64,000 nt of DNA, taken from Escherichia coli. Its GTDB lineage: Bacteria > Pseudomonadota > Gammaproteobacteria > Enterobacterales > Enterobacteriaceae. Position numbers and translations under genes: made by a program. Numbering within the stretch: position 1 is the stretch's first letter; every line of letters begins with the position of its first letter. Under the pieces are notes generated by a model. That model did no database searches, was not told the DNA's origin, and worked only from the letters and a program-made list of their open reading frames with translations. The stretch is from assembly GCF_041248615.1 (NCBI RefSeq), contig NZ_CP158426.1; one strand, given 5' to 3'. This document shows positions 33,584-45,527 of the stretch, piece by piece.

Positions 33584-34864
33584 ATGAAATTACTTATTCT
33601 GGGCAACCACACTTGCGGCAATCGTGGCGACAGCGCCATCCTGCGCGGCTTACTTGATGCCATCAACATCCTCAATCCACATGCCGAAGTGGACGTGATG
33701 AGCCGCTATCCGGTCAGTTCTTCCTGGCTACTCAACCGCCCGGTAATGGGCGATCCGCTGTTCCTGCAAATGAAACAACACAACAGCGCGGCGGGCGTTG
33801 TCGGACGCGTTAAAAAAGTCCTCCGTCGCCGCTATCAACACCAGGTACTGCTCTCACGCGTCACCGACACTGGCAAGCTGCGTAATATCGCCATCGCCCA
33901 GGGATTCACTGACTTCGTGCGCCTGCTGTCAGGTTACGACGCCATTATTCAGGTCGGCGGATCGTTTTTTGTCGATCTCTACGGCGTGCCGCAGTTTGAA
34001 CACGCGCTTTGCACATTTATGGCGAAAAAGCCGCTGTTTATGATTGGTCACAGCGTCGGCCCCTTCCAGGATGAGCAATTTAACCAACTGGCGAACTACG
34101 TTTTTGGTCACTGCGACGCGCTGATCCTGCGCGAATCGGTCAGCCTTGATCTGATGAAACGCAGCAATATCACCACTGCAAAAGTTGAACATGGCGTCGA
34201 TACCGCGTGGCTGGTCGATCACCACACAGAAGACTTCACCGCCAGCTATGCCGTTCAACACTGGCTGGACGTTGCCGCACAACAGAAAACGGTGGCCATT
34301 ACCCTGCGCGAACTGGCACCGTTCGACAAACGTCTCGGCACCACTCAACAAGCGTATGAAAAAGCCTTTGCTGGGGTGGTCAATCGCATTCTCGATGAAG
34401 GGTATCAGGTGATTGCGCTCTCCACCTGTACGGGTATCGACAGCTATAACAAAGACGACCGCATGGTGGCGATCAACCTGCGCCAGCACATCAGCGATCC
34501 TACCCGTTATCACGTAGTGATGGATGAACTCAACGATCTGGAAATGGGCAAAATTCTGGGTGCCTGTGAACTCACCATCGGTACGCGCCTGCACTCGGCT
34601 ATTATCTCGATGAATTTCTCCACTCCGGCAATTGCCATCAACTACGAACATAAATCCGCCGGGATTATGCAGCAGCTGGGGCTGCCAGAGATGGCAATTG
34701 ATATCCGTCATTTACTGGACGGCAGCCTGCAAGCGATGGTTGCGGATACCTTAGGCCAGCTTCCGGCGCTGAATGCGCGACTTAGTGAAGCCGTCAGTCG
34801 TGAGCGTCAGACAGGAATGCAGATGGTGCAGTCAGTGCTTGAGCGCATCGGGGAGGCGAAATGA
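33584..34864 (+). CDS. wcaK: colanic acid pyruvyl transferase
   Basis: 426 aa. Position and size in the wca operon. Confidence 0.88.
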   Translation: MKLLILGNHTCGNRGDSAILRGLLDAINILNPHAEVDVMSRYPVSSSWLLNRPVMGDPLFLQMKQHNSAAGVVGRVKKVLRRRYQHQVLLSRVTDTGKLRNIAIAQGFTDFVRLLSGYDAIIQVGGSFFVDLYGVPQFEHALCTFMAKKPLFMIGHSVGPFQDEQFNQLANYVFGHCDALILRESVSLDLMKRSNITTAKVEHGVDTAWLVDHHTEDFTASYAVQHWLDVAAQQKTVAITLRELAPFDKRLGTTQQAYEKAFAGVVNRILDEGYQVIALSTCTGIDSYNKDDRMVAINLRQHISDPTRYHVVMDELNDLEMGKILGACELTIGTRLHSAIISMNFSTPAIAINYEHKSAGIMQQLGLPEMAIDIRHLLDGSLQAMVADTLGQLPALNARLSEAVSRERQTGMQMVQSVLERIGEAK

Positions 34865-36081
34865 AGGTCGGCTTCTTTTTACTGAAATTCCCGCTGTCTT
34901 CGGAAACCTTCGTCCTCAACCAAATCACTGCGTTTATTGATATGGGCTTTGAGGTGGAGATTGTTGCGCTGCAAAAAGGCGACACACAAAACACCCACGC
35001 GGCATGGACGAAATACAACCTTGCCGCCAGAACCCGCTGGTTACAGGACGAACCTACGGGCAAAGTGGCGAAGCTGCGCCACCGCGCCAGCCAGACCTTA
35101 CGCGGCATTCATCGTAAAAATACCTGGCAGGCGCTCAACCTCAAACGCTATGGTGCCGAGTCGCGGAACCTGATTTTGTCTGCCATTTGCGGCCAGGTCG
35201 CAACACCGTTTCGCGCCGATGTGTTCATCGCTCATTTTGGCCCGGCGGGGGTAACCGCAGCAAAACTACGGGAACTGGGTGTCATTCGCGGCAAAATTGC
35301 CACTATTTTCCATGGTATTGATATCTCCAGTCGGGAAGTGCTCAACCACTACACCCCCGAATATCAGCAACTGTTTCGCCGTGGCGACCTGATGTTACCG
35401 ATAAGCGATCTGTGGGCCGGAAGGCTGCAAAAAATGGGCTGCCCGAGGGAAAAAATCGCCGTATCGCGCATGGGCGTGGACATGACGCGCTTTAGCCCGC
35501 GCCCGGTGAAAGCGCCCGCAACGCCGCTGGAAATCATTTCCGTTGCACGCTTAACCGAGAAAAAAGGCCTGCATGTGGCGATCGAAGCCTGCCGTCAGTT
35601 GAAAGAGCAGGGCGTGGCATTTCGCTATCGCATCCTCGGCATTGGCCCGTGGGAACGACGCCTGCGCACCCTTATCGAACAATATCAACTGGAAGATGTG
35701 GTAGAGATGCCGGGCTTTAAACCGAGCCATGAAGTGAAAGCGATGCTCGACGACGCGGATGTCTTCCTGTTGCCATCGGTTACAGGTGCGGATGGTGATA
35801 TGGAAGGCATTCCGGTGGCGCTAATGGAAGCGATGGCGGTCGGCATTCCGGTGGTTTCTACTCTGCATAGCGGAATACCGGAACTGGTGGAGGCTGACAA
35901 ATCCGGCTGGCTGGTGCCTGAGAACGATGCCCGTGCACTGGCGCAACGACTGGCGGCGTTTAGCCAACTGGACACCGACGAACTGGCACCGGTCGTCAAA
36001 CGTGCGCGCGAAAAAGTCGAACACGATTTTAACCAGCAGGTGATTAACCGAGAACTCGCCAGCTTGCTGCAGGCTTTATAG
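34861..36081 (+). CDS. wcaL: colanic acid glycosyltransferase (GT1)
   Basis: 406 aa. GT-B C-terminal '[18 protein letters not shown]' motif. Confidence 0.9.
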   Translation: MKVGFFLLKFPLSSETFVLNQITAFIDMGFEVEIVALQKGDTQNTHAAWTKYNLAARTRWLQDEPTGKVAKLRHRASQTLRGIHRKNTWQALNLKRYGAESRNLILSAICGQVATPFRADVFIAHFGPAGVTAAKLRELGVIRGKIATIFHGIDISSREVLNHYTPEYQQLFRRGDLMLPISDLWAGRLQKMGCPREKIAVSRMGVDMTRFSPRPVKAPATPLEIISVARLTEKKGLHVAIEACRQLKEQGVAFRYRILGIGPWERRLRTLIEQYQLEDVVEMPGFKPSHEVKAMLDDADVFLLPSVTGADGDMEGIPVALMEAMAVGIPVVSTLHSGIPELVEADKSGWLVPENDARALAQRLAAFSQLDTDELAPVVKRAREKVEHDFNQQVINRELASLLQAL

Positions 36082-36091
36082 AGGAGAACGC

Positions 36092-37486
36092 ATGCCATTT
36101 AAAAAACTCTCCCGACGCACCTTCCTGACGGCAAGCTCGGCGCTTGCCTTCCTCCATACCCCTTTCGCCCGTGCACTTCCTGCCCGGCAAAGCGTTAACA
36201 TTAACGACTACAACCCTCACGACTGGATCGCCTCATTTAAACAAGCCTTCAGCGAAGGGCAAACGGTCGTCGTGCCCGCCGGATTGGTTTGCGACAATAT
36301 CAACACCGGCATCTTCATTCCTGCAGGTAAAACGTTACACATCCTTGGAAGCCTGCGCGGCAACGGCAGAGGGCGATTTGTCTTACAGGACGGCAGCAAG
36401 GTGACAGGGGGGGAGGGCGGCAGTATACATAACATCACCCTGGATGTGCGTGGTTCTGACTGCACCATCAAAGGGCTGGTGATGAGCGGCTTTGGCCCGG
36501 TGACGCAGATCTATATCGGCGGCAAAAACAAACGGGTCATGCGCAACCTGACCATCGATAACCTCACCGTTAGCCACGCTAACTACGCCATCTTACGCCA
36601 GGGATTTCATAACCAGATTATCGGTGCCAATATCACCAATTGTAAGTTCAGCGACTTACAGGGCGACGCCATTGAATGGAACGTGGCAATTAACGACAGT
36701 GATATTTTGATCTCCGACCATGTGATCGAGCGCATCAACTGTACTAACGGCAAAATCAACTGGGGCATTGGCATCGGCCTTGCGGGAAGTACCTACGATA
36801 ATAATTATCCGGAAAACCAGGCAGTGAAAAACTTTGTCGTGGCGAATATCACGGGATCAGATTGTCGGCAACTGATCCATGTTGAAAATGGTAAACATTT
36901 TGTTATCCGTAATATCAAAGCTCGTAATATCACGCCGGATTTCAGTAAGAAAGCAGGTATTGATAACGCCACAGTTGCTATTTATGGTTGTGACAACTTT
37001 GTGATTGATAATATTGAAATGATTAATAGTGCCGGGATGTTAATTGGCTATGGGGTAATTAAAGGCAAATATCTCTCGATACCGCAGAATTTCCGAGTGA
37101 ATGATATTCAACTGGATAATACTCATCTTGCTTATAAATTGCGCGGCATCCAAATCTCCGCCGGGAATGCTGTCTCCTTTGTGGCGCTGACTAACATTGA
37201 GATGAAGCGTGCGTCGCTTGAGCTACACAATAAACCGCAACACCTTTTTATGCGAAATATCAATGTGATGCAGGAATCCTCTGTTGGACCCGCATTGAGC
37301 ATGAACTTCGACATGCGCAAAGACGTACGCGGTGTCTTTATGGCGAAAAAAGAAACACTGCTGTCTCTTGCAAATGTTCATGCGGTGAATGAAAAAGGAC
37401 AAATCTCCGTCGATATCGACAGGATTAATCACCATATTGTTAATGTGGAGAAGATTAACTTTAGATTGCCAGAACGGAGGGAGTAG
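36092..37486 (+). CDS. wcaM: colanic acid cluster protein WcaM, predicted Tat-exported beta-helix protein
   Basis: 464 aa. N-terminal '[13 protein letters not shown]...ARA' twin-arginine signal. Repeated 'NIT/NI..NI' segments suggest a right-handed beta-helix. Confidence 0.88.
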   Translation: MPFKKLSRRTFLTASSALAFLHTPFARALPARQSVNINDYNPHDWIASFKQAFSEGQTVVVPAGLVCDNINTGIFIPAGKTLHILGSLRGNGRGRFVLQDGSKVTGGEGGSIHNITLDVRGSDCTIKGLVMSGFGPVTQIYIGGKNKRVMRNLTIDNLTVSHANYAILRQGFHNQIIGANITNCKFSDLQGDAIEWNVAINDSDILISDHVIERINCTNGKINWGIGIGLAGSTYDNNYPENQAVKNFVVANITGSDCRQLIHVENGKHFVIRNIKARNITPDFSKKAGIDNATVAIYGCDNFVIDNIEMINSAGMLIGYGVIKGKYLSIPQNFRVNDIQLDNTHLAYKLRGIQISAGNAVSFVALTNIEMKRASLELHNKPQHLFMRNINVMQESSVGPALSMNFDMRKDVRGVFMAKKETLLSLANVHAVNEKGQISVDIDRINHHIVNVEKINFRLPERRE

Positions 37487-37660
37487 ATTTGCGACCATTC
37501 CTGGAAAAATGGAGCCATACTTAGGAACAATGCTACTGCAATCCACAACGAAGCGGCGTAACATCACAAGTAATTCAGTAATCAATTCAGGGTAATTGAT
37601 GCTGGCGAAAAAAATCGAACAAGCTATAATTCAGCAACCATTTTACAGGTGGATGAAATA

Positions 37661-38554
37661 ATGACGAATTTAAAAGCAGTTATTCCTGTAGCGGGTCTTG
37701 GGATGCATATGTTGCCTGCCACTAAGGCGATTCCCAAAGAGATGCTACCGATCGTCGATAAGCCAATGATTCAGTACATCGTTGACGAGATTGTGGCTGC
37801 AGGGATCAAAGAAATCCTCCTGGTAACTCACGCTTCCAAGAACGCGGTCGAAAACCACTTCGACACCTCTTATGAATTAGAATCTCTCCTTGAACAGCGC
37901 GTGAAGCGTCAACTGCTGGCGGAAGTACAGTCCATTTGCCCGCCGGGCGTGACAATTATGAACGTGCGTCAGGGCGAACCTTTAGGTTTGGGCCACTCCA
38001 TTTTATGTGCACGACCTGCCATTGGTGACAATCCATTTGTCGTGGTGCTGCCAGACGTTGTGATCGACGACGCCAGCGCCGACCCGCTGCGCTACAACCT
38101 TGCTGCCATGATTGCGCGCTTCAACGAAACGGGCCGCAGCCAGGTGCTGGCAAAACGTATGCCGGGTGACCTCTCTGAATACTCTGTCATCCAGACCAAA
38201 GAGCCGCTGGACCGCGAAGGTAAAGTCAGCCGCATTGTTGAATTCATCGAAAAACCGGATCAGCCGCAGACGCTGGACTCAGACATCATGGCCGTTGGTC
38301 GCTATGTGCTTTCTGCAGATATTTGGCCGGAACTTGAACGCACTCAGCCTGGTGCATGGGGGCGTATTCAGCTGACTGATGCCATCGCTGAACTGGCGAA
38401 AAAACAGTCCGTTGATGCCGTGCTGATGACAGGTGACAGCTACGACTGCGGTAAAAAAATGGGGTATATGCAGGCATTTGTGAAGTATGGACTACGCAAC
38501 CTGAAAGAAGGGGCGAAGTTCCGTAAAGGGATTGAGAAGCTGTTAAGCGAGTAA
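37661..38554 (+). CDS. galF: UTP-glucose-1-phosphate uridylyltransferase-like protein
   Basis: About 297 aa from the ATG at 37661. '[23 protein letters not shown]' nucleotidyltransferase motif. Confidence 0.93.
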   Translation: MTNLKAVIPVAGLGMHMLPATKAIPKEMLPIVDKPMIQYIVDEIVAAGIKEILLVTHASKNAVENHFDTSYELESLLEQRVKRQLLAEVQSICPPGVTIMNVRQGEPLGLGHSILCARPAIGDNPFVVVLPDVVIDDASADPLRYNLAAMIARFNETGRSQVLAKRMPGDLSEYSVIQTKEPLDREGKVSRIVEFIEKPDQPQTLDSDIMAVGRYVLSADIWPELERTQPGAWGRIQLTDAIAELAKKQSVDAVLMTGDSYDCGKKMGYMQAFVKYGLRNLKEGAKFRKGIEKLLSE

Positions 38555-38595
38555 CAAATTCCTGACTGGAAGTGTCGGTCAGTAAGTAATTAAAA

Positions 38596-38658
38596 ACGGC
38601 AGTGAAGATTCATAGCATAAGTTTTGCTCATTGAATCTCACTGCCGTTGTCTTTTTTA
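38596..38658 (+). terminator. candidate intrinsic terminator downstream of galF
   Basis: 16-17 bp stem (acggcagtgaagattca / tgaatctcactgccgt) followed by a T-rich run (gtcttttttat). Confidence 0.55.
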
Positions 38659-38813
38659 TAAGTACAATAAAAACAGCATGTTAGCTTGCAATCATAGTTC
38701 AAATTTTTCCAGGATTTTCCTTGTTTCTACAGCTGTTTGGTAAGACAATTAGCGTTTGAATTTTTCGGATTTGGCACGAGTGGGTTACGCTCGTCACATC
38801 GTGGAAATGTACG

Positions 38814-38852
38814 CAGTACTCTGGTAGCTGTTAAGCCAGGGGCGGTAGCGTG
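38814..38852 (+). promoter_or_regulatory. 39-bp JUMPstart element with ops core (GGCGGTAG at 38841-38848) in the O-antigen operon leader
   Basis: 'cagtactctggtagctgttaagccaggGGCGGTAGcgtg', about 75 bp upstream of the rmlB start. Nearly identical to the wza copy. Confidence 0.85.
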
Positions 38853-38926
38853 CATTAATGCATCTATTAATCAAATCTGGAGCAGTCTATTTCACAGCAT
38901 GCTCTCTGGCTATATGGAATAAAAAA

Positions 38927-40012
38927 GTGAAGATACTTGTTACTGGTGGCGCAGGATTTATTGGTTCTGCTGTTGTTCGTCACATAATAAATAATACGCA
39001 AGATAGTGTTGTTAATGTCGATAAATTAACATACGCCGGAAACCTGGAATCACTCGCTGAAATTTCTGATTCTGAACGTTATTCATTTGAGCATGCAGAT
39101 ATCTGCGATGCCGAAGCGATGGCTCGTATTTTCGCACAGCACCAGCCAGACGCGGTGATGCACCTGGCAGCAGAGAGCCACGTTGACCGCTCAATAACTG
39201 GCCCTGCGGCATTTATTGAAACCAATATTGTGGGTACTTATGTTCTTTTAGAAGCGGCGCGCAATTATTGGTCTGGTCTGGATGATGAAAAGAAAAAAAA
39301 CTTCCGTTTTCATCATATTTCTACTGATGAGGTGTATGGTGACTTACCCCATCCGGATGAAGTAAATAGCAATGAAACGTTGCCGCTATTTACGGAAACG
39401 ACAGCATACGCGCCAAGTAGTCCATATTCTGCTTCTAAAGCTTCCAGCGATCATTTGGTTCGCGCATGGAAACGTACTTATGGTTTACCGACCATTGTGA
39501 CTAATTGCTCGAACAACTATGGTCCTTATCATTTCCCGGAAAAGCTTATTCCACTGGTTATTCTTAATGCACTGGAAGGTAAGGCATTACCTATTTATGG
39601 CAAAGGAGATCAGATCCGCGACTGGTTGTATGTAGAGGATCATGCTCGAGCGTTATATACCGTCGTAACCGAAGGTAAAGCGGGCGAAACTTATAACATT
39701 GGTGGACACAACGAAAAGAAAAACATCGACGTAGTGTTCACTATTTGTGATTTGTTGGATGAGATAGTCCCGAAAGAGAAATCTTATCGTGAGCAAATTA
39801 CCTATGTTGCTGATCGCCCAGGGCATGATCGCCGTTATGCAATTGATGCCGATAAAATTAGCCGCGAATTGGGCTGGAAACCGCAAGAAACGTTTGAGAG
39901 CGGTATTCGTAAAACGGTGGAATGGTATCTGGCTAATACAAATTGGGTTGAGAATGTGAAAAGCGGTGCTTATCAGTCGTGGATTGAACAGAACTATGAG
40001 GGCCGCCATTAA
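38927..40012 (+). CDS. rmlB: dTDP-glucose 4,6-dehydratase
   Basis: About 361 aa from the GTG at 38927. '[10 protein letters not shown]' and 'YSASKASSD' (YxxxK) SDR motifs. First gene after the JUMPstart. Confidence 0.93.
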   Translation: MKILVTGGAGFIGSAVVRHIINNTQDSVVNVDKLTYAGNLESLAEISDSERYSFEHADICDAEAMARIFAQHQPDAVMHLAAESHVDRSITGPAAFIETNIVGTYVLLEAARNYWSGLDDEKKKNFRFHHISTDEVYGDLPHPDEVNSNETLPLFTETTAYAPSSPYSASKASSDHLVRAWKRTYGLPTIVTNCSNNYGPYHFPEKLIPLVILNALEGKALPIYGKGDQIRDWLYVEDHARALYTVVTEGKAGETYNIGGHNEKKNIDVVFTICDLLDEIVPKEKSYREQITYVADRPGHDRRYAIDADKISRELGWKPQETFESGIRKTVEWYLANTNWVENVKSGAYQSWIEQNYEGRH

Positions 40013-40911
40013 TGAATATCCTCCTATTCGGCAAAACAGGGCAGGTAGGTTGGGAACTGCAGCGTGCTCTGGCACCGCTGGGTAATCTGATTGCTCTTGA
40101 TGTTCACTCCACTGATTATTGTGGTGATTTTAGTAATCCCGAAGGTGTAGCTGAAACTGTCAAAAAAATTCGCCCTGATGTTATTGTTAATGCGGCTGCT
40201 CACACTGCAGTAGACAAAGCGGAATCAGAACCGGAATTTGCACAATTACTTAACGCGACAAGTGTCGAAGCGATTGCAAAAGCAGCCAATGAAGTCGGCG
40301 CTTGGGTTATTCACTACTCTACTGACTACGTATTTCCGGGAACCGGTGAAATACCGTGGCAGGAGACGGATGCTACAGCACCTTTGAATGTTTATGGTGA
40401 AACTAAACTAGCCGGAGAAAAAGCGTTACAGAAACATTGCGCGAAGCATATTATTTTCCGTACCAGCTGGGTATATGCAGGTAAAGGAAATAACTTCGCC
40501 AAAACAATGTTGCGTCTGGCAAAAGAGCGCGAAGAACTGGCTGTGATAAACGATCAGTTTGGCGCACCAACAGGTGCCGAATTGCTGGCTGATTGCACCG
40601 CTCATGCCATTCGCGTAGCAGTAGACAAACCAGAAGTTGCTGGTTTGTACCATCTGGTTGCTGGCGGTACAACAACCTGGCACGATTATGCCGCTCTGGT
40701 ATTTGAAGAAGCGCGCAAAGCAGGGATTAACCTTGCTCTTAACAAACTTAACGCCGTGCCAACAACGGCCTATCCCACACCAGCCCGTCGACCCCATAAC
40801 TCTCGCCTCAATACAGAAAAGTTTCAGCAGAACTTTGCGCTTGTCTTGCCTGACTGGCAGGTGGGTGTGAAACGAATGCTCAACGAATTATTTACGACTA
40901 CGGCAATTTAA
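40012..40911 (+). CDS. rmlD: dTDP-4-dehydrorhamnose reductase
   Basis: 299 aa. 'LLFGKTGQVGWEL' motif. Confidence 0.93.
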   Translation: MNILLFGKTGQVGWELQRALAPLGNLIALDVHSTDYCGDFSNPEGVAETVKKIRPDVIVNAAAHTAVDKAESEPEFAQLLNATSVEAIAKAANEVGAWVIHYSTDYVFPGTGEIPWQETDATAPLNVYGETKLAGEKALQKHCAKHIIFRTSWVYAGKGNNFAKTMLRLAKEREELAVINDQFGAPTGAELLADCTAHAIRVAVDKPEVAGLYHLVAGGTTTWHDYAALVFEEARKAGINLALNKLNAVPTTAYPTPARRPHNSRLNTEKFQQNFALVLPDWQVGVKRMLNELFTTTAI

Positions 40912-40969
40912 CAAATTTTTGCATCTCGCTCATGATGCCAGAGCGGGATGAATTAAAAGGAATGGTGAA

Positions 40970-41848
40970 ATGAAAACGCGTAAAGGTATTATTCTGGCTG
41001 GTGGTTCCGGCACTCGTCTTTATCCTGTGACGATGGCAGTAAGTAAACAACTGCTGCCGATTTATGATAAGCCGATGATTTATTATCCGCTTTCAACGCT
41101 TATGTTAGCGGGTATTCGCGATATTCTTATTATCAGTACGCCACAGGATACGCCGCGTTTCCAACAATTGTTGGGGGACGGGAGCCAGTGGGGGCTTAAT
41201 CTACAGTATAAAGTACAACCGAGTCCGGATGGCCTGGCGCAAGCGTTTATCATTGGTGAAGACTTTATTGGTGGCGATGATTGTGCACTTGTGCTTGGTG
41301 ATAATATCTTCTATGGACACGACTTGCCGAAATTAATGGAAGCTGCTGTTAACAAAGAAAGCGGTGCAACGGTATTTGCTTATCACGTTAATGATCCTGA
41401 ACGTTATGGTGTCGTGGAGTTTGATAATAACGGTACTGCAATTAGCCTGGAAGAAAAACCGCTGGAACCAAAAAGTAACTATGCGGTTACTGGGCTTTAT
41501 TTCTATGACAATGACGTTGTGGAAATGGCGAAAAACCTTAAGCCTTCTGCCCGAGGTGAACTGGAAATTACCGATATTAACCGTATTTATATGGAACAAG
41601 GACGTTTGTCTGTCGCTATGATGGGGCGTGGCTATGCATGGCTGGATACAGGGACGCATCAAAGTCTTATTGAAGCAAGCAACTTCATTGCCACCATTGA
41701 AGAGCGCCAGGGACTAAAGGTTTCCTGTCCGGAAGAAATTGCTTATCGTAAAGGGTTTATTGATGCTGAGCAGGTAAAAGTATTAGCCGAACCGTTGAAG
41801 AAAAATGCTTATGGTCAGTATCTGCTCAAAATGATTAAAGGTTATTAA
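40970..41848 (+). CDS. rmlA: glucose-1-phosphate thymidylyltransferase
   Basis: 292 aa. '[14 protein letters not shown]' motif. Confidence 0.95.
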   Translation: MKTRKGIILAGGSGTRLYPVTMAVSKQLLPIYDKPMIYYPLSTLMLAGIRDILIISTPQDTPRFQQLLGDGSQWGLNLQYKVQPSPDGLAQAFIIGEDFIGGDDCALVLGDNIFYGHDLPKLMEAAVNKESGATVFAYHVNDPERYGVVEFDNNGTAISLEEKPLEPKSNYAVTGLYFYDNDVVEMAKNLKPSARGELEITDINRIYMEQGRLSVAMMGRGYAWLDTGTHQSLIEASNFIATIEERQGLKVSCPEEIAYRKGFIDAEQVKVLAEPLKKNAYGQYLLKMIKGY

Positions 41849-41852
41849 TAAG

Positions 41853-42398
41853 ATGAACGTAATTAAAACTGAAATTCCTGATGTATTAATATTTGAACCA
41901 AAAGTATTTGGGGATGAGCGTGGTTTTTTTATGGAAAGCTTCAATCAGAAAGTTTTCGAAGAAGCTGTGGGGCGGAAGGTTGAATTTGTTCAGGATAACC
42001 ATTCTAAGTCTACTAAAGGAGTAATTAGAGGATTACATTTTCAATTACCACCTTATTCACAGGCAAAATTAGTACGCTGTGTAGTAGGTGAGGTATATGA
42101 CGTTGTTGTTGATATAAGGAAAGATTCTAAAACTTTTGGCAAATGGGTCGGTGTAAATCTTTCTGCTGAAAACAAGCGACAGTTGTGGATTCCAGAAGGA
42201 TTCGCCCATGGTTTTGAAGTGATTAGTGAAGTCGCTCATTTTTTATACAAAACAAATAATTATTATAATGCAACTATGGAAAAAGGTATAAGATGGGATG
42301 ATGAATATTTAGCTATTAATTGGAAAGAAAAAAAAGCGATAATCTCTGAGAAAGACATGAAACAACCATCATTCAGAGAACTTTTTGAGAAAGTTTAA
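41853..42398 (+). CDS. rmlC: dTDP-4-dehydrorhamnose 3,5-epimerase
   Basis: 181 aa, cupin fold, 'FEPKVFGDERGFFMESF' motif. Confidence 0.92.
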   Translation: MNVIKTEIPDVLIFEPKVFGDERGFFMESFNQKVFEEAVGRKVEFVQDNHSKSTKGVIRGLHFQLPPYSQAKLVRCVVGEVYDVVVDIRKDSKTFGKWVGVNLSAENKRQLWIPEGFAHGFEVISEVAHFLYKTNNYYNATMEKGIRWDDEYLAINWKEKKAIISEKDMKQPSFRELFEKV

Positions 42399-42401
42399 TT
42401 G

Positions 42402-43832
42402 ATGAATAACAAACTAGCCAGGCAAGGATTATTATGGAGCACAATTGAAAGGCTAGGAACGCAAGCCATACAATTATTATTAATGTTGTATTTGGGTAGG
42501 GTTCTTGGACCAAGCTCTTTTGGTTATGTTGGTATGCTAACTTTATTTCTATCATTAGCTCAGGTTCTAATTGATAGTGGATTTAGTGCAGCATTAATTA
42601 GAAAATCGGAGCGTACTGAAAAAGATTATTCGACAGTATTTATATTTAATATTTGTCTATCAATACTAATATATATTGTACTTTATTGTTTATCTTCTTA
42701 TATTGCTTTATTCTATCAAATACCTCTGCTGGAATCTTTACTTGATATTTTAGCATTAACAGTTATAGCAAATGGTCTAACTTTAATCCCCAAGATTCAA
42801 CTCACTGTAGACGTGAATTTTAAGATCCAAGCTAAAAGTTCACTTATCGCTATTACCAGTAGTAGTGTAATAGCGATAACGTTAGCTGCTTTGGGTTATG
42901 GAGTATGGACATTGGTTTTCCAATCGTTATCCTATAGTGTCATAAATTGTATTGTACTGAATATTTATAATCCATGGTATCCAAAAGAGAAATTTTGCTA
43001 TGAAACATTCAAAAAGCTATTTTCATTTAGCAGTAACTTACTAATTGCTGGAGTACTTGAAGCTTTTTATTCAAATATATATCAATTAATTATAGGGAAA
43101 TTTTTTACACCACAGCTTGTAGGGCAATTTACACAGGCTAATCAGATCTCTAGCGTACCTGCAATGACACTTACTAATATTATTCAGAGAGTAACTTATC
43201 CACTTTTTTGTAATATTTATAATGGCAAAGGGAAAATAGATGATGCTTATTTAAACACACTTAAAATTGCAGGCGTTGTAGTTTTTCCAATTCTATTAGG
43301 AATAGGTTTAATCTCGAAGCCATTAGTCTCTGTATTATTAGGAAGTGAGTGGAAATTTACATCTGATATTCTGTTTCTACTTTGTATTGCATTTATGATT
43401 TATCCTATACATGCAATAAATATTAATATCCTACAGGTTCATGGGCGAAGTGATCTTTTTTTGCGTTTGGAAATACTAAAAAAGACATTGATGACAATTA
43501 TTCTTGTCATTACGATGCAAATAAATATAAATGCAATGGTGATTGGTTTAGTTTTACACTCATATCTTTCGTGGTTTTTAAATGGATTATTTAGCCAGAA
43601 AGTATCAACGATCACAATAAGGAAGCAGTTAAAAGAGTTACTACCTATATGGTGTCTATGTTTAATTAGTGGGTTAGGTTCTAACTATATTATAAATGAA
43701 ATAAGTATGGAACCTTTATTAAATATAATATTTACTATTTTATTAAATGCCATTATATACATCACACTAATTCGAATTATGTACAAAGAAATATTTATGA
43801 CTATTATTTCTCTTATAAAAAATAAGGGCTGA
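42402..43832 (+). CDS. wzx: O-antigen flippase
   Basis: About 476 aa, AT-rich, polytopic MOP-family membrane protein. Start overlaps the end of rmlC. Confidence 0.8.
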   Translation: MNNKLARQGLLWSTIERLGTQAIQLLLMLYLGRVLGPSSFGYVGMLTLFLSLAQVLIDSGFSAALIRKSERTEKDYSTVFIFNICLSILIYIVLYCLSSYIALFYQIPLLESLLDILALTVIANGLTLIPKIQLTVDVNFKIQAKSSLIAITSSSVIAITLAALGYGVWTLVFQSLSYSVINCIVLNIYNPWYPKEKFCYETFKKLFSFSSNLLIAGVLEAFYSNIYQLIIGKFFTPQLVGQFTQANQISSVPAMTLTNIIQRVTYPLFCNIYNGKGKIDDAYLNTLKIAGVVVFPILLGIGLISKPLVSVLLGSEWKFTSDILFLLCIAFMIYPIHAININILQVHGRSDLFLRLEILKKTLMTIILVITMQININAMVIGLVLHSYLSWFLNGLFSQKVSTITIRKQLKELLPIWCLCLISGLGSNYIINEISMEPLLNIIFTILLNAIIYITLIRIMYKEIFMTIISLIKNKG

Positions 43833-43834
43833 AA

Positions 43835-44947
43835 ATGAACGATAAAACTATTCCAGTAACGCAACCTTCTTTGCCGGAACTTGCAGAATTCATGCCTTAC
43901 CTGGAAAAAATATGGAAAAATAAATGGTTGACAAATAATGGACCATTTCATCAAGAACTCGAGGAAAAATTATGTGAATTTTTGGGTGTGCAGCATATCT
44001 CGCTTTTTAACAATGCAACAATTGCATTGATCACAGCATTACAAGCCCTAAGAATAACAGGTGAGGTAATAACAACACCATATTCATTTGTTGCAACTTC
44101 ACATGCTATTTTATGGAATGGACTTACGCCTGTCTTTGTTGATATTGAAAATGATGGATATAATATTGATTACAGAAAAATAGAACAGGCTATTACACCA
44201 AAAACTTCAGCAATTTTACCTGTCCATTGCTACTCAACACCCTGTGAAGTCGAAGAAATTCAAAAAATAGCTGATAATTATGGATTGAAAGTAATCTACG
44301 ACGCAGCACATGCATTCGGTGTAAATTTTAAAGGGCAAAGTTTACTTAACTATGGTGATTTATCAATTCTTAGTTTCCATGCGACGAAAGTCTTCAATAC
44401 ATTTGAAGGTGGGGCAATAATTAGCCCTGATGCTAAAACCAAGTTACGTATAGATCGATTAAAAAACTTTGGTATCGCCGACGAGCTGACTGTGACAGCT
44501 CCAGGAATAAATGGCAAAATGAGTGAAATTAATGCTGCCTTTGGACTTGTTCAGTTAAAGCATATTGAGGGCTCAATATCTAAGCGAAAAATAATTGATA
44601 GTCTTTACCGGAATTTACTGAAAGGGACTCCGGGTATTACTATATTTCCAGGAAATATAAATGCAAATAGCAACTATTCATATTTTCCTATACTCATAGA
44701 TGATGGTTTTCATATGAGTCGTGATCAGGCATATGAATTACTTAAGAAAAATAATATCCTATCTCGAAAGTATTTTTATCCATTAATCAGTAATATGCCT
44801 ATGTATCGAGGATTGATTTCAGCTAGCGTTGATAATCTACCAATAGCCAATAGTGTTGCTGATAAAGTCCTATGCTTGCCAATATATACAGATTTAAATG
44901 AAGAGATTGTTGTGAAAATAACCAAATTATTATTGGGTAAGATGTGA
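43835..44947 (+). CDS. vioA: PLP-dependent sugar aminotransferase (DegT/DnrJ/EryC1 family), likely dTDP-4-keto-6-deoxyglucose 4-aminotransferase
   Basis: 370 aa. 'LSFHATK' with the Schiff-base lysine. Sits after rmlBDAC and before an acetyltransferase. Symbol assigned by family and context only. Confidence 0.65.
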   Translation: MNDKTIPVTQPSLPELAEFMPYLEKIWKNKWLTNNGPFHQELEEKLCEFLGVQHISLFNNATIALITALQALRITGEVITTPYSFVATSHAILWNGLTPVFVDIENDGYNIDYRKIEQAITPKTSAILPVHCYSTPCEVEEIQKIADNYGLKVIYDAAHAFGVNFKGQSLLNYGDLSILSFHATKVFNTFEGGAIISPDAKTKLRIDRLKNFGIADELTVTAPGINGKMSEINAAFGLVQLKHIEGSISKRKIIDSLYRNLLKGTPGITIFPGNINANSNYSYFPILIDDGFHMSRDQAYELLKKNNILSRKYFYPLISNMPMYRGLISASVDNLPIANSVADKVLCLPIYTDLNEEIVVKITKLLLGKM

Positions 44948-44948
44948 T

Positions 44949-45527
44949 ATGGCCTATTTAGATGAAATACAGTTAAAAGAAATGGGCTTCAAAAGCGTTG
45001 GAGAAAATGTAAAAATATCAGATAAGGCATCTTTTTATGGGTGTGATAATATTAGTATTGGGAATAATGTAAGGATTGATGATTTTTGCGTGTTTTCAGC
45101 TGGAGAGGGTGGTATTGATATACACGATTATATTCATATAGCGGTATATTCTTCAATTATTGGCAAAGGAAAAGTAACTATATCTGACTACGCAAACATT
45201 TCATCTCGAGTCTCAATATATTCCAGTAACGATGATTATTCTGGCAATTATATGTCTAATCCAGTAGTTCCAAGTGAATATACGAATATACATAGCGGTA
45301 CTGTATTTATAGGCAAACATGTTATCATAGGTTGCGGAAGTATTGTTCTTCCGGATGTTATTTTACATGAGGGTGCAGCAATTGGAGCTCTTTCTGTAGT
45401 CAAAGAGGATTGTGAAGCTTTTACGGTAAATGTAGGTATACCAGCTAAACCAATATCTGAAAGAAGCAAGAAATTATTGGAGCTTGAATCTGTATTTAAA
45501 CCAAGCGCTATTGGAGATAATCTGTGA
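44949..45527 (+). CDS. vioB: hexapeptide-repeat sugar N-acetyltransferase, likely dTDP-4-amino-4,6-dideoxyglucose N-acetyltransferase
   Basis: 192 aa left-handed beta-helix acetyltransferase immediately after the aminotransferase. Symbol assigned by context. Confidence 0.6.
   Translation: MAYLDEIQLKEMGFKSVGENVKISDKASFYGCDNISIGNNVRIDDFCVFSAGEGGIDIHDYIHIAVYSSIIGKGKVTISDYANISSRVSIYSSNDDYSGNYMSNPVVPSEYTNIHSGTVFIGKHVIIGCGSIVLPDVILHEGAAIGALSVVKEDCEAFTVNVGIPAKPISERSKKLLELESVFKPSAIGDNL

Noticed and set aside
38737..38922. A 61-aa ORF spanning the rfb leader and JUMPstart.
   Set aside because: It overlaps the conserved ops/JUMPstart regulatory element and the rmlB start region. It is more likely non-coding leader sequence.
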